Positions 52,484 to 64,000 of a DNA stretch of 64,000 bases are shown here, piece after piece; the stretch's first letter is position 1, and every line of letters starts with the position of its first letter. Where the stretch lies: NCBI GenBank assembly GCA_013265495.1, contig MU058718.1, positions 4,722,404 to 4,786,403 on the forward strand, written 5' to 3'. The DNA is from Vicugna vicugna (Eukaryota). The position numbers and the translations under genes were made by a program. The notes under the pieces are model-generated. The model saw nothing but the letters and a program-made list of their open reading frames with translations, did no database searches and was not told the DNA's origin.

Positions 52484-52635
52484 TCCTTGTGTCATTTTTT
52501 AAGATTCCACATATAAGTCATACCATATGATATTTGTATTTATCTGACTTACTTCACTTAGTATCATAATCTCTAGGTCCATCCATATTGCTGCAAATGG
52601 CATTATTTCATTCTTTTTTATGGCCAAGTAGTATT

Positions 52636-52638
<3 letters not shown>

Positions 52639-52680
<42 letters not shown>
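52639..52680. repeat. (GT)21 microsatellite
   Basis: Perfect dinucleotide run. Confidence 0.95.
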
Positions 52681-52682
<2 letters not shown>

Positions 52683-53474
52683 ACCACAACTTCTTTATCT
52701 GTTTATCTGTCAATGGACATTTAGGTTGCTTCCAAGTCTTAGCTCTTTGTAGTCATTCCTCTCCCCCAACCCCAGCTCCTGGCAACCACTAATCTATTTT
52801 CTTATTATATAGTTTTTACTTTTCCAGAATGTCATGTAAATGGAGTCATACAATATGTAGCCTTTTGAGCCTGGCTTCCTTCATGTGACATGATGCATTT
52901 GATATTTGTCCATATCATGACATAAATCACTAGTTTATTCCTTTCTGTTTTATTCACCAACTGGTGGACATTGGGTTGTTTCCAGTTTTTGAAAATTATG
53001 AGTAAAGCTGTTAAAAATATTTACATACAGGTTTTTATACGGACACATGTTTTTATTTCTTTTGGTTAAGAACTTAAGAGTAGGGTTGCTGGATTGTATG
53101 ATAAGGGCATTTTTAACTTTATAAGAAGCTGCCAAACTTCTTATGCATGGAGGTACCATTCTGCATAACCATCATGTATGAGAGTTCCAGTTGTTCTATG
53201 CCCTCACCAGCCCTTAGCATTGTCAGGTTTTCTTCTTCCTTTCTTTTTAAATTCTAGATATTCTGGTGGGTGTATAGTGGTATTTCATTGTGGTTTAAAT
53301 TTGCATTTCATGATGACTGAAGATGTTGAGCATCCTTTCATGTGATTTTTTTTGTCCTCCATATATCTTCCGTGATGAGTGTCTGTTCAAAATTTTCCCC
53401 AATTTTCAAAAATTGGCATTTTAAAATTAGGTTTGAGAGTTATTTGTATATTTAAGATACAAGTCCTTTCAAAC

Positions 53475-54268
53475 ACCACTTTCTGAAAAGCCTGTTAGAG
53501 AGAAGCACTTTGGGAATGGTATAGTAAGACCTCCGAAAATCTCTTTCTTAGAAGCAACAAAAACACTGGCAACAATCGTGAAAATCAATTTTTTTCTATA
53601 ACTCTGAAAATTAACCAAAGACTTGCAACAATCTGAGAGTTATTTATTCAATAAAAATGACTGACTCTCCATAAGAATAGCAAGCTTGTGGCATCTTAAC
53701 TCGCTCTATTTGCATCCCCTTTTCCAAACTCTATGGTAGCCTTGAAAACCAGCAGCCTTGCCAGCATGGCAGTTAGGGAAACCAGCAGCCTCGTCCACTG
53801 AAGAGGAGGATTTGGAGCTCCCAGCCCTGCCCCAACCCCTTTCCCAGGGAACTGTTAGTGTCGGACCTGTCAGGAAAGTCCCTGGAAAAGAGCACTTCAC
53901 AGGGGTTGTCTCTGTTTGATTCAAAGCTTACTTAGTGGAGAAAGCCCTTTCCCTATGATGTTGGTCAAAAACAAAATAATCAGCAGCAAATGTTTAAAGC
54001 CCCGCTCCCTGTGATAATAATACCAATTGGGGCAAACAAGAGGCTGGCCAAAAAAACTTCACAGTAAAATATGGGGAATGAGGTGTACAGAGGGGGCTTG
54101 AGAAAGCTCTGACATACTTCTGGCACTGTGATGGTCTTGTGCATGTGCAGCGCTGTGCAGTGCCTGGGAAGGACCTGGGAACATTCCACTTTCTCACCTC
54201 TGGAGGGTCTTTAGGAAGTAAAGGCTAAGGATGATTTTCCAACTGCCAGAATATAGAAGTCATGCTCC

Positions 54269-54300
<32 letters not shown>

Positions 54301-55400
54301 GTCCCTCAGCAAAGGCTGGGCGAGTTATTGGTTCCAGGCATTCAAGGAAATTTCTGCTCAGTCGTTAGCTGACCACCAAGCTAAACAAGCAGAGACTTCA
54401 GTGGCTGCACATGACAAAGGATATAGACTTCACAGAATTTATAGTCCAAGAAAGTCACTAAACAAATAGATGGAAGCAGCAACAGCAACAACAACAACAA
54501 CAGCAAAACCAAAATGCCTGGTGGGGTGTGTGTGTGTGTGTGTGTAAATCTTATTTTCAGAGTTGCCACATTATGTTATTTAAAAATCTGGTTCTCAAAT
54601 AAATATTATGAAACACACAAGAAACAGGAAACTGTGGCCCATTTATAGGAAACAGCAGTCAGAAGAAACTGTTCCTGAGGAAAACTTCAACAACACTATA
54701 GATATATATACGTATGCACTACATAAATGCACATATATACAACTAGACCTAAAAGACATACACAGACTCCTCCAGCCCACCCTAGCAGGATACAGATTCT
54801 TTCCAAGTGCACAAGGACCATTTCCAGATAAACCATATGTTAGGCCATAAAACATGTCTCAGTATGACCCAGAAGGCTTCACTGGTGAATTCTATGAATT
54901 TTAAAGAAGGATTAATATAAATTCTTCACAATCTCTTCCAGAAATATAGAAGAGGGTTACTTCCCTATTCATTGTATGAAGCTAGTGTTCCCCAGATACC
55001 AAAAGCAGACAAAGACATCATGAGGAAAGAGAACTACAGATCAATATTGCTTATGAATATAGATGTTGAAATCATCAAAAAATACTAGCAGACCAAATCC
55101 AGTAACATACAAAAAGATAATGTACCATAATCAAGTGGGATTTATCCCAGAATTGCAAAACTGTCCAACATATGAAATTTATTCAAAGGAAGCAGTCAAT
55201 AGAGTGAAAAGACAACCAACAGAATGAGAGAAAATATTTGCAAACCATGTATCTGATAGAGTTAATTTCCAAAATACATTAGGAACTCCTACAAGTCAGT
55301 AACAAAAAACTCAGATAACCTGATTTAAAAAAGGGCAAAGGATTTAAATAGATCTTTCTCCAAAGAAAACATCCAGCAATCCCACTTCTAGGTATATATT
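53475..55400 (+). mobile_element. Internally deleted old L1: 5' region plus decayed ORF2 endonuclease, RT and C-terminal patches
   Basis: QLDLKDIHRLLQPTLAGYRFFPSAQGPF (EN-like, ~54740-54825); GFTGEFY...KDIMRKENYRSILLMNID...HNQVGFIP (RT-like, ~54870-55150); frameshifts and stops throughout. Confidence 0.85.
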
Positions 55401-55811
55401 TATTTTAAAGAAGTCACTATGCTCCCATTGAGACATAAGATTGGCTAGTGAAATCTCCAAACATACATAGAGTCTCAGTCTTTGACATTTGTCATGGATT
55501 AGATAGAAATTGCCTCTATGTTGTTTAGATCTAGAACCATAGAGTAGACTGTGTTTCCTGGAATAAGGCCTTGAATAGTAGAGTTGTGTATGATGTTTCA
55601 GTATCGGATCCTTCTAAATTTGGAGCCCTTTCCTCTGTGTCTGATAGTTTTTATCCACAATTCCATGTACAGGATAGCCCTGTACTATGGGGAAACAGAT
55701 GGAAAAGACAAAGAGCCCTAAAAGGCTTTATGGTTAGTCTTCCTAAATTTTGTGTCCTATTTGCCCAAGTTGAATAAAAGGGCTTTTTGGATAGTGATAA
55801 CCACGCAGAAG

Positions 55812-56050
55812 TAATAGTCACTAACATTTCTTGGGGTACTTGGTTTGTACTGTCCATGAATGATCCCATGCAGTCCTCACAACAGCCCTGTGCTGTAGGC
55901 AGCATCAAGATCCATTTTATAGACAGGAGAGTGGAAGCATGGAGGGGTTGAGTAACCAGCCCAAGGTCAGGTACCTAGTAAGTGTTATAGCTGAGATGTG
56001 ATTGGAGACAGGTTGAGTCCAAGGGTACATTTTGAAATATTGATCTGCAT
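55812..56050 (-). mobile_element. MIR SINE
   Basis: CCTCACAACAGCCCTG...CCATTTTATAGACAGGAG...CCCAAGGTCA. Confidence 0.75.
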
Positions 56051-56249
56051 GTGTTTTACATGTCACCTTCTCTCTAGTATTGTTTAGCATCTGCAACTCA
56101 CAAAGATTATAATTATTTGATAGCCAACAAAATGAAATAAAAATATAAGTCCATAATAAAGTCATAAGGCAACAACATGGCATCAGGCCCGTAGTAAGGA
56201 CTCAAACTGCTGAATTTTCTATAAATGGGGCTTTAACCAGGTTTAAAAA

Positions 56250-56442
56250 TCAGCAAGTTCTTGACATCCCTGGGAAGAAGAACCCTGTGGGAACTGCTGG
56301 TCAAAAATGCACATCACTGAGCTCCTCCCAGCGGTGGTAATTCAGGTCTGAGAGTAGTAATGTGGGGACCTGCATTTTAACAAAAAACGCATATCATGCT
56401 TATGCAAGTAGTTGGTGGCCCGTAATTTGAGAGACAGTGTCT
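56250..56442. mobile_element. MER5-like hAT element
   Basis: AAAAATGCACATCACTGAGCTCCTCCCAG...ACCTGCATTTTAACAA...TTTGAGAGACAGTG. Confidence 0.55.
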
Positions 56443-56579
56443 TAAAGACTGCAGGACTTGACTAGTAAGAGGAAGAAAAAGCAGGGCATTCAGGAAGTGC
56501 CTATAAGGTGGGGCACGTAGATGAGTAGAGGGAATAACGGACCGTTTGCCCCAAGTTGTTGGTTCTGATTGTTGGGGCC

Positions 56580-58010
56580 ACATCACTCACCTATTTATCC
56601 AAACACCACCTGTGTGCTGCTTCCTACAAGTGCAAGCGCTGCAAGAATACAAAGATGGATAACGGCGTGGTCATCTTCCTCAGAGAGCTTCACTTTATGG
56701 AGAGGCAGGCATGTGCACAAAATACAGCAATACAATAGCACAGCAATGCACGTATGTATCTGCTAAGGTGATGATACAAACAAGGGCCATGAATAAAGCT
56801 AAGATTAACTTGGAAGGATAGGTGGAGTGTGAACACAGAGAGACAGGGGTGTAGAGCAGTCCAAGCTAAGGGTACTAAGTGAACAAAACATTATGATGGA
56901 AGAATGCTGAAAAAGTTCTGGAATGACAGTGTGGTTTGGGCATAGAGGGTGTGAGAAACAACAATGGGTAAGATGACTAGAGGGAAGTGTGTCGACCAGA
57001 TTGTGGAGGGCCTTAAAGGTCAAGGCAGGAATTTAGACTTGATCTTATCAGCAGTGGGACCCATGGGAAATTTTGGTCAAGGGTCGTGAATTAATGCAGT
57101 CTGGTAGTGCTGAGTAACGGCCGTCATTGGATTAGAGTGATGTTTGGGACTGCTTAGGAAAATACCAGTTCTCAAGCCCCTCTGCTGTAGATTCTGATTT
57201 AGGTCTTTGCCAAGGCCTCGAAACCTGAATTAGAAAAACCCACCCATGTGATTCTCATGATTAGGACTGTACAGACAACACTGAAGTGAGAAAAGCCTGA
57301 AAGCGGGAGAGAAGCCTGAAAGCGGGAGAGAAGCTGGGAGGCCATTGCTGTAGTTTAGATGAGAAGTAATGGACAGTTCTAGACTTGGTAGCGCTTGTAT
57401 TGTGGACTGGAGCAGATTGACTCAGAGCTATTATAGAGGCAGAATTATAATTATTAATAAGGCTTAGTGCCTGGATATAAGAGAGAAGGGAAAGACAATG
57501 ATTAAAAAGATTTTTCCTTGGGTTTCTGGAAGATGTTGGTGCCATCAACCTCATCAGGGAATTCAGGAATAGGAGAAACAATCATTGAGTTTGAATGGAG
57601 TGCAAATTTTGAGACGCCATTAAGACATGCAAGTGGAGATTCCTACATGCAGTTGGGATGTGGGGTCTGCCTCCCTGGAGAGGGTCTGGGAGCGGAGGTA
57701 TCTATTTGGGAGTCATCAGATGAGAGGTAATGATTGAGGACATGAGAATAGACCTCAAAGTGTTGAGTACCATCTACAAAAAACTTGGAGAAACTAGAAG
57801 GAGAAAGAAAGGAATAGTCTGAGAGCAAGAAAGGCTGTAAATGAGTGCAGTGTTAGGAAGTCAAGGGAGAGAACATTGTAAGCATGAGGCAAGAGTCAGT
57901 GGGGTTAAATGGTGAAGGCAGACACTTCATTTTCATACTGTTGGCCTTGTAATCCAGTTGTGACTTAATTCTTAGAGCTGTGGTAGACATGGAAATTTTT
58001 AACATTAATG
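56580..58010 (-). mobile_element. Long L2 fragment (with an internal MER5-like piece ~57110-57290)
   Basis: GA-rich antisense L2 motifs (ACCAGATTGTGGAGGGCCTT, TTTGGGAGTCATCAG, GGAAGTCAAGGGAGAG). Confidence 0.75.
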
Positions 58011-58974
58011 CAGCTGGATCAGTCTGATTGACAAGCAACTTTCCAGAGGCGACAGAATTGTAATTCTTCCCCGTTTCTTCTAGTCTCTTGAGGATTTAAA
58101 ATTGTATGTAAATCTTTAATTGTCTGATTAATTCAAGGTGCTTTATTTGTGTGATATACTTCATTCTTTCAACTGGCTGGTCATTTTTGTAAATGTAGCT
58201 TTGAATGGTTTCTTGTAATAATTCAAATTTATGTAATTTAAAAAGCACATCCTGTGAATTGCTATGCCGTTGCATATTCTGCTGTTGTCATAGCAACTAG
58301 TTATAGTCACCTCCTTTTCACCCGACTGTCTCAGTCTGGTCACTGAAAATTACATGCAAATGTGAGCTTCCACATCTTAGAGGAGGGGTAGGATGAATGG
58401 GGAACTTATGATTTGTTTTTCTCTCTGCTGAGAAGGTTAAAATTCAGAAGACTCGAGACCAGCTTGTGTTTTGTAGCAGGTTAGAGGAGAGAAAAGGCTT
58501 GTGGAAGAAACAAGCACTTGGCAGTAGGGAGGAAGGAGATACGCCCGTCCCTGGGGCCTGAGGAGGAAAAGTAGGAGTGTGACAGGGGACCGACCATCCC
58601 AGACTGAGGAGTGACCTGGGGCTTTAATGTGGCAGGAGGCTATGGACTCCTAGGCTCACCAGCTCTGAGCCCTGAAAATGTCCGTCACTAATCTGCCTCC
58701 GTTTGTGAGAGCAACCAGAGCCAACTTGGAGCTGGAGGCATCCTCTTGCTTTCCTGGAGGTAGGAAACCATGAGGAAATGAGATGGAGGCTCTGCCCTTA
58801 CTCCCTGCAGGGCTGCAGAAGGGAGAGGAGGGAGGGTTTCTGCATTGTAATACATTTTGCTGTTGTACCATCTCTGCAAGCTGTGGCTACAACTACAATA
58901 CTGTATTCAGCTATATTCTGAGTTTAATAGGCTTTTGTAGACCAATCTAATAGGTATTGTACAAGGATTCCAAG

Positions 58975-59212
58975 CATGATCTTTGGAACCCTGTGGAGCT
59001 GAGTTTAAATTCCTGTGAGGCCGTTTACTCCTTATGTGGCCTTAGGCAAATTTCTTAACCTCTTGATGGCTCAGTTCTCTCATCTATAAAATGGGCACAA
59101 TTACCTATTTCACGTAGTGTTTTAATGATTTGCTGAAATTATACAAAGCACTAAGCATAGCGTTTAGCATACAATCAATTGTTAAAATGGTAGTTCATGT
59201 GGTAAACATATT
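58975..59212 (+). mobile_element. MIR SINE
   Basis: TGTGGCCTTAGGCAAATTTCTTAACCTCTTGATGGCTCAGTTCTCTCATCTATAAAATGGG. Confidence 0.8.
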
Positions 59213-59368
59213 CTAAATTCTAACAAACGTTGGACAGAGACTTCTGTTGTAAGTTGCATCCACGTGCCATGGTGAAAGTCTGGCTTGAGATAGCTGCTAG
59301 GCTGGCTGACTCTTCTGCAAAAATTTAAACGGCATTCTTTATTTAACATGTATTTAGTAGGGGCAAGG

Positions 59369-59445
59369 AAAACCTGACTTTCTATTAACAAAACCTGACT
59401 TTCTGGTAGCAAAAATTGACTTCCTCCTAGCAAAAATTATCTACC
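59369..59445. repeat. 21-bp-period minisatellite, ~3.6 diverged units
   Basis: AAAACCTGACTTTCTATTAAC / AAAACCTGACTTTCTGGTAGC / AAAAATTGACTTCCTCCTAGC / AAAAATTATCTACC. Confidence 0.8.
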
Positions 59446-60050
59446 TTGTTCTTCATGTTCAAAATAAAAGGATTATTATTTGTACTGAACATTATACAAC
59501 ATTTAAATGTATTTAAAATGGTCTTATTTTATGGTGTTCCATCCTTCATAAGTGGGTAACATTAGCCACATTCACCAAGGAACTTACATGGATTTAGTTA
59601 CAAAATCTCCATAAAAATATGTGCAGCAAGTTAAAAGGATTTTTCATTATATATCTCTCTGGGATGTGTGGACAAAAGTATATGCCCTTTATTCTGTTTC
59701 TAATTAATCTGGTCCTTAACAGTTAAAAAAAACTAACTGTTAACTCTGATTTCACTCTGCCCTCAACATTTAAACAGTTTGTTTTGGTGGAGCTCAATTT
59801 CTAGAGGTAAAAATGGTTAATCTCTTAGATTTTGAGTCCTTTTCTCCCACCTCATCTCCTTTTGAGATTGTTTCTAGATATTGGGGGAGAGGAAAGTGAG
59901 GAATGACCGTGTAGTGGTAGGGGTGTCCCTGGCTTCTGAGGTCTCTGAGAGGGTAATCACGTCTTCATCCTGGTTGCCCTCTGCCCCGCACAACTCAGTT
60001 TGCTCTCTCCCCCTTGCCGGGCAGAGAGAATTCTACCCTAGTTCTCCTAG

Positions 60051-61033
60051 TATGGAGAACAGAGTCTAGGGTGACCCCCCAATAATTTCAGTGTTCATGT
60101 CTTTGTGTGATCCCGCCCCTTGATTTAGAGTGAGACCTGTGAATTGCTTCTAATCAACACAATGTAGCAAATGTGATGCGTCAGCAGTCTTAAGTGAGTA
60201 GGCTGTGGGACCCAGGTCAAAGTTCACAATAGCTTGCGTGTCTGTGAGGTAAGAAGTAAATGTACGCATGCGCTAGTAACGTGAGTCAGCATTATGAACA
60301 ACACGCATGCGCGAGCATAACAAAAGGACAAGTGCGTACACCTGAGTGCGCTTGCCACCCGCTTGTGCTGCAGTAAAGTGCTGTTTTGCTCCGTATCGGC
60401 TCCTCCGGCCTTCTTCCAGTTGGGCAGCTCACCTCCTGGGATCCTTCTCCAGCCTCCCGTGGCTGACACGATGTCACACCCGTGGCTAAGTTACACTATA
60501 TGGCAAAGGTGGAGGGATTTTACAGGTATAATCAAGGTCCCAAGCCAGCTGATTTGGAGTAAATCAAAAGGAAGGTTATCCTGGGCGGGCACGATTGATC
60601 AGGTGAAAGCACTCAATAGAAGGGCCAGTCCTCCTGGAGATTGAAGAGCCCGAGCAGGAGAGACTCTCCTTCAGTTTTGATGAAACAAGCAGCCATGGTG
60701 AGGATGTCCACGTGGCAAGAAACTATGGGTGGTCTCTAGAGCTGAAGATGGCCTCCTGCCAACAGCCGGTAAAAATTCAGGGCTCTCGATTTTATGGCGA
60801 CACGGAGATGAATTCTGCCAACAGCTTGAGAAGTTGTGAGCTGATTCTTTGAGCCTTCAAATGAGCGTGCAGCCTGACAACACCTTGACTGTAGCCTTGG
60901 GAGACCCTGAGCAGAGGAACCAGTTAAGCCCCGCCTGGCGTCCTGACCACGAAACTGTGAGGTAAAACAGGTGTATTGTCTTAAGGTGCTAAATCTGTGG
61001 CAATTTGTTACATAGCAGTAGAAAGTGAATACA
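60051..61033 (+). mobile_element. MaLR LTR (MLT1E-like) split by a 290-bp insert
   Basis: TATGGCAAAGGTGGAGGGATTTT..., CCACGTGGCAAGAAACT, AACTGTGAG...TTTGTTACATAGCAGTAGAAAGTGAATACA. Confidence 0.85.
60179..60468 (+). mobile_element. CpG-rich solo-LTR-like insert (family not recognised)
   Basis: Inverted termini CGTCAGC...GCTGACA, AGTAAA polyA-like signal 60372-60377 followed by a pyrimidine-rich U5-like tract; flanked by TGATG / CGATG. Confidence 0.65.
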
Positions 61034-61689
61034 CCTGCAAAGACCCACCCTCCCAATAGCAGTTTCATGCCTCAGAAGTCAGTTCTGACACTCCTCCAGG
61101 AGAGACCTGACGTCTGCTCTGCGGCTGTTGCTTTGACTCCACTTTGCCTCCCGCCATGGTGCACCTTCTGCTGGTCCCCTTGGCCGTCCTGCAGCTACTT
61201 CCAGGTCTCATCCGTGCCACAGGAGAACCAGGTAGAGTTGCTCAGAGATACTAAATTTTAGCACCTTTCTTTGACCAAACCACACCTACAAATTCACCAG
61301 GCAACTCCCCAGGTTGGTGTGAGAGCCACTCAAGGGCAATCTCTTTCAAAAGTCCTAAGCAGAACACGAGGTCAGTTTTTCTTCTGCCTTTGGCAGTATC
61401 TTTACTTGTTCTGTGCACAGAAGTCAGGGCACACACTTCTGGCTGCCAACGCTCCCTCCTTTCTCTTCTACAATTTTCTTGGGGAGTTGATAGTGAAACC
61501 TCTTTCCTGCCTGCCGGCATTACATTCTTTCTTTGACAGAACAGTGAGCTACATACCTTCATTATTACAGAAAGTTGCATTTTCTGCTCTGTGGGAGGAC
61601 TCTGGGAGTTTGGCAACTCCAGGCTGAATTGGAAACTCCAGACTTGGTGGCTGATATGTTAAAGGAGGAGATAAAAAATTTAGAAACTC

Positions 61690-61835
61690 CCTCATTCATT
61701 CGTTCATTCATCCACTAAGTATTTATTGAATGCCTCCTATTTGTTGCGAGTCTATTCCTGGGCTCTGTTCATAGGGGATGCAGCCACAAACAAGAGAGAG
61801 AAAAGGCCTGTTCTCTTGGAGATTATAGTCACTTA
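61690..61835 (-). mobile_element. L2 3' end
   Basis: CATTCATTCGTTCATTCATCCACTAAGTATTTATTGAATGCCTCCTA. Confidence 0.75.
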
Positions 61836-62540
61836 AAATGAATGCCTGATGTTCAAGATTATTTCTTGCTGCCTAATCTTATTTTGTATATTAAAAGCTG
61901 GATATTACTTCATTCTTCCTTTGCATTCTTTCAGTTAAAAAAAAAATCCTTCTCTGTCCCCAGTCAGATGTCAGTTAAAGTGATGATCTCATACTCAAAA
62001 AAGGCAGGGGAAAAAAAGCACATTAATGATTTTCATAATATTACCATCATTGAAAATGTTTAAAAATAATTTTCCCCTGGATTTAGTGTTAGAAAGTGTT
62101 TTTCATATATAGATTTCTGTAATTGTTTTTCGCCTTCCAGGTTTCTTTGGTAATTTTTCAAATAAGACGATGAAAAACTTTAAAACTTTAAAATTTGGAT
62201 GATAAAATGATTTGCAGGAAACTGCACTACCACTTAGGTTTCCTCAGAGTTTCAGGTGATTGAGAGCATTGACCCAAAATAACCATCAGCTGGCAGTTCT
62301 CAGGGTTACTGAGGCTCGTGGTTGTACTGTGAATTTTGTACACCTGCTGCAAAAAGACTCAATGGTCAATTGGTACTGTTGAGAAGTCTTTTAAAATTTA
62401 ATTTTATTAAAACATTTCACTTAAGGTCACTCTTTTGGCAGGAGTGAGGTCAATTTCCATTTCATTAATTAAGGAATTATATGTGGAAATGAGATAATTG
62501 ATACAATATTTTCACTTTATACCAGTGATATTTTAGTAGC

Positions 62541-62929
62541 TGCTATGGATTGAATGTTTGTGTCCCCTGCCCTACCCCCCGTATTCATCTGTTGAAACCC
62601 TAATTGACAATGTGATGGTATTTGGAAATGGGTTCTTTGGGAGGTAATTAGGTCCTAAGAGTGGAATCCCTCCCACTCCCCATCATAGCATTAGTATCTT
62701 TAGAAGAAGAGACGTTGGAGAGCTTACTTCCTGTGTCTCCCCCTGCCATGTGAAGACACAGCAGAAAAACAGGCATCTGCAGCAGGAAGAGCGCTCTCAC
62801 CAGAACCCGACTGTCCTGGCACCCTGATCTCAGACTTTCCAGCCTCTGGGACGAAGAGAAGTAACTTTTTGTTGTTTTTAAGCCCCAAGTCTATGGTAAT
62901 CTGTTGTGGCAGCCTGAGCCGGTAAGACT
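62541..62929 (+). mobile_element. MaLR solo LTR (MLT1A-like)
   Basis: TGCTATGGATTGAATGTTTGTGTCCCC ... GCAGCCTGAGCCGGTAAGAC; paralogous to 3772-4138. Confidence 0.88.
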
Positions 62930-64000
62930 TACTGCTGAAAAACTGGTGCCCGACCGAGCCGGCCTTGATTTGTCCTCTGAGTTGCGCTCATGCATGCGTG
63001 GGTAGGCTGAGGTGTCTTAATCAAAGCCCGTGGCAGAGCTCTGGGTAGAGGGCTGGGGCTCATGGGGTGATTCCCCCGCTCCGCTTCCCCTAGTCGATGC
63101 TTACACCAGAACACGGTGTCTGCTTGTATTTATGGTTTTATTTCTGTCATTTACTCGATAATGTATGATTTTAAGCAATCCTTTATAACTAATCTAGTAC
63201 AGCAGCTTATAAGATCAGGATATACTTAATGAGAGAAAGAAATGCTGAAAGGAAAAACTGATGAGAACTCTAGGAAATGCAACCTTTTTATACTACAAGA
63301 TGTGTGCTGAGTCCTTTTTTTACGTAGAGACAATACTACTGCAGATTTGGGCTGGAGCAGGGAAAAATAGAATGGCAAAGTGCAACCCAGTGCCATTTAG
63401 AAAATTTGGAACACACCAATTCAATTATATTGTCTGCCGTTGGTGGAAAGTTCTGATTTTCGTATTCCTCGCTGGCACAGGAACTAGGAACAGAAGGCCA
63501 CGAGGAAGGCTTATGTGACATGCCAATGTGTATTTCTATCTGGAGTGATATGGCAGATAAAAGAGAGACCTACTCGGTCTTCTGAATATGCTACATCAAA
63601 TCCTATGATTGGATGCTATTAAACAGAAATAAACACCTAGGGCACAGACGAAATGGGGAAAAGAAACAACTGAATAAATAAAGCACACGCAAGAGACTTT
63701 GGTTTTTGAAGGGAATCAGCTTTTAAATTTTCAGTTGGAAAAATGTGTAGTATACTGTATATATGTATTCACATGCAATATAATGTGTATGTGCAGTCGA
63801 ACTGTAATAATTCTACCTATTAAAACTGAAAAAGAAATAAACATTTTCAGTTGGAGCTCAGTATTTAAAATCTGCAATTACCTTAGTCTCCTCCGAATTT
63901 GAATCTTTCCTAAACTCATAGGTTACCAAAAGAAGAGTTGTTTAGAAGTGCAAATGGTGATAAGTACTAGAAATAGGTAATAATGTGATATCTCAAAGTT

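Larger units (their letters stand above)
52035..52745 (-). mobile_element. Younger L1 3' end nested in the older L1
   Basis: AAGTATAGTTGATTTACAATGTTGTG...; peptide IKKNEIMPFAAIWMDLEIMILSEV. Confidence 0.88.
51885..53470 (-). mobile_element. Older L1 (L1MB/L1MC-type) 3' part, interrupted by a younger L1 and a SINE
   Basis: TATAATTTACATAGAGTAAAATTTACC...; resumes CCCCAGCTCCTGGCAACCACTAATCT... Confidence 0.8.

Noticed and set aside
54475..54506. CAG/CAA run as a polyglutamine coding tract
   Set aside because: Simple repeat inside the L1 5' region with no exon context
54608..55180. Endonuclease- and reverse-transcriptase-like peptides as a novel RT system
   Set aside because: Frameshifted, stop-ridden L1 ORF2 remnants
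59369..59445. CRISPR-like repeat array
   Set aside because: Head-to-tail tandem units without unique spacers, in mammalian DNA with no cas genes

Overview
Mammalian non-coding DNA, most likely camelid (alpaca, llama or camel): it carries four copies of a short tRNA-derived SINE of the camelid Vic-1 type plus young lineage-type L1 3' ends. I found no protein-coding exon I can support. The ORF track reflects chance ORFs and decayed L1 ORF2 pieces. The window is a patchwork of eutherian interspersed repeats (L1, L2, MIR, MaLR/ERVL LTRs, hAT DNA transposons) and unique spacers. A minus-strand bias of L1 3' ends suggests a long intron of a gene transcribed on the + strand (inference; gene not identified). 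The clearest feature is a 3'-truncated, tailless 7SK retropseudogene (47175-47417, minus) with a 15-bp target-site duplication (TSD) inside an L1. Also notable: two or three 5'-inverted (twin-primed) L1 insertions; a CpG-rich 290-bp solo-LTR-like insert with a perfect NFE2/NRF2 element and two NRF1-like sites, nested in an MLT1E; a chain of overlapping fold-back palindromes at 37155-37208; an internally deleted L1 keeping only patches of EN/RT; a dense SOX/POU/FOX/homeodomain motif cluster at 29.3 kb; and a possible recursive splice site. I found no evidence of a new multi-gene system. Repeat family names come from recalled consensus sequences, not a database search, and boundaries are approximate unless a TSD is quoted.
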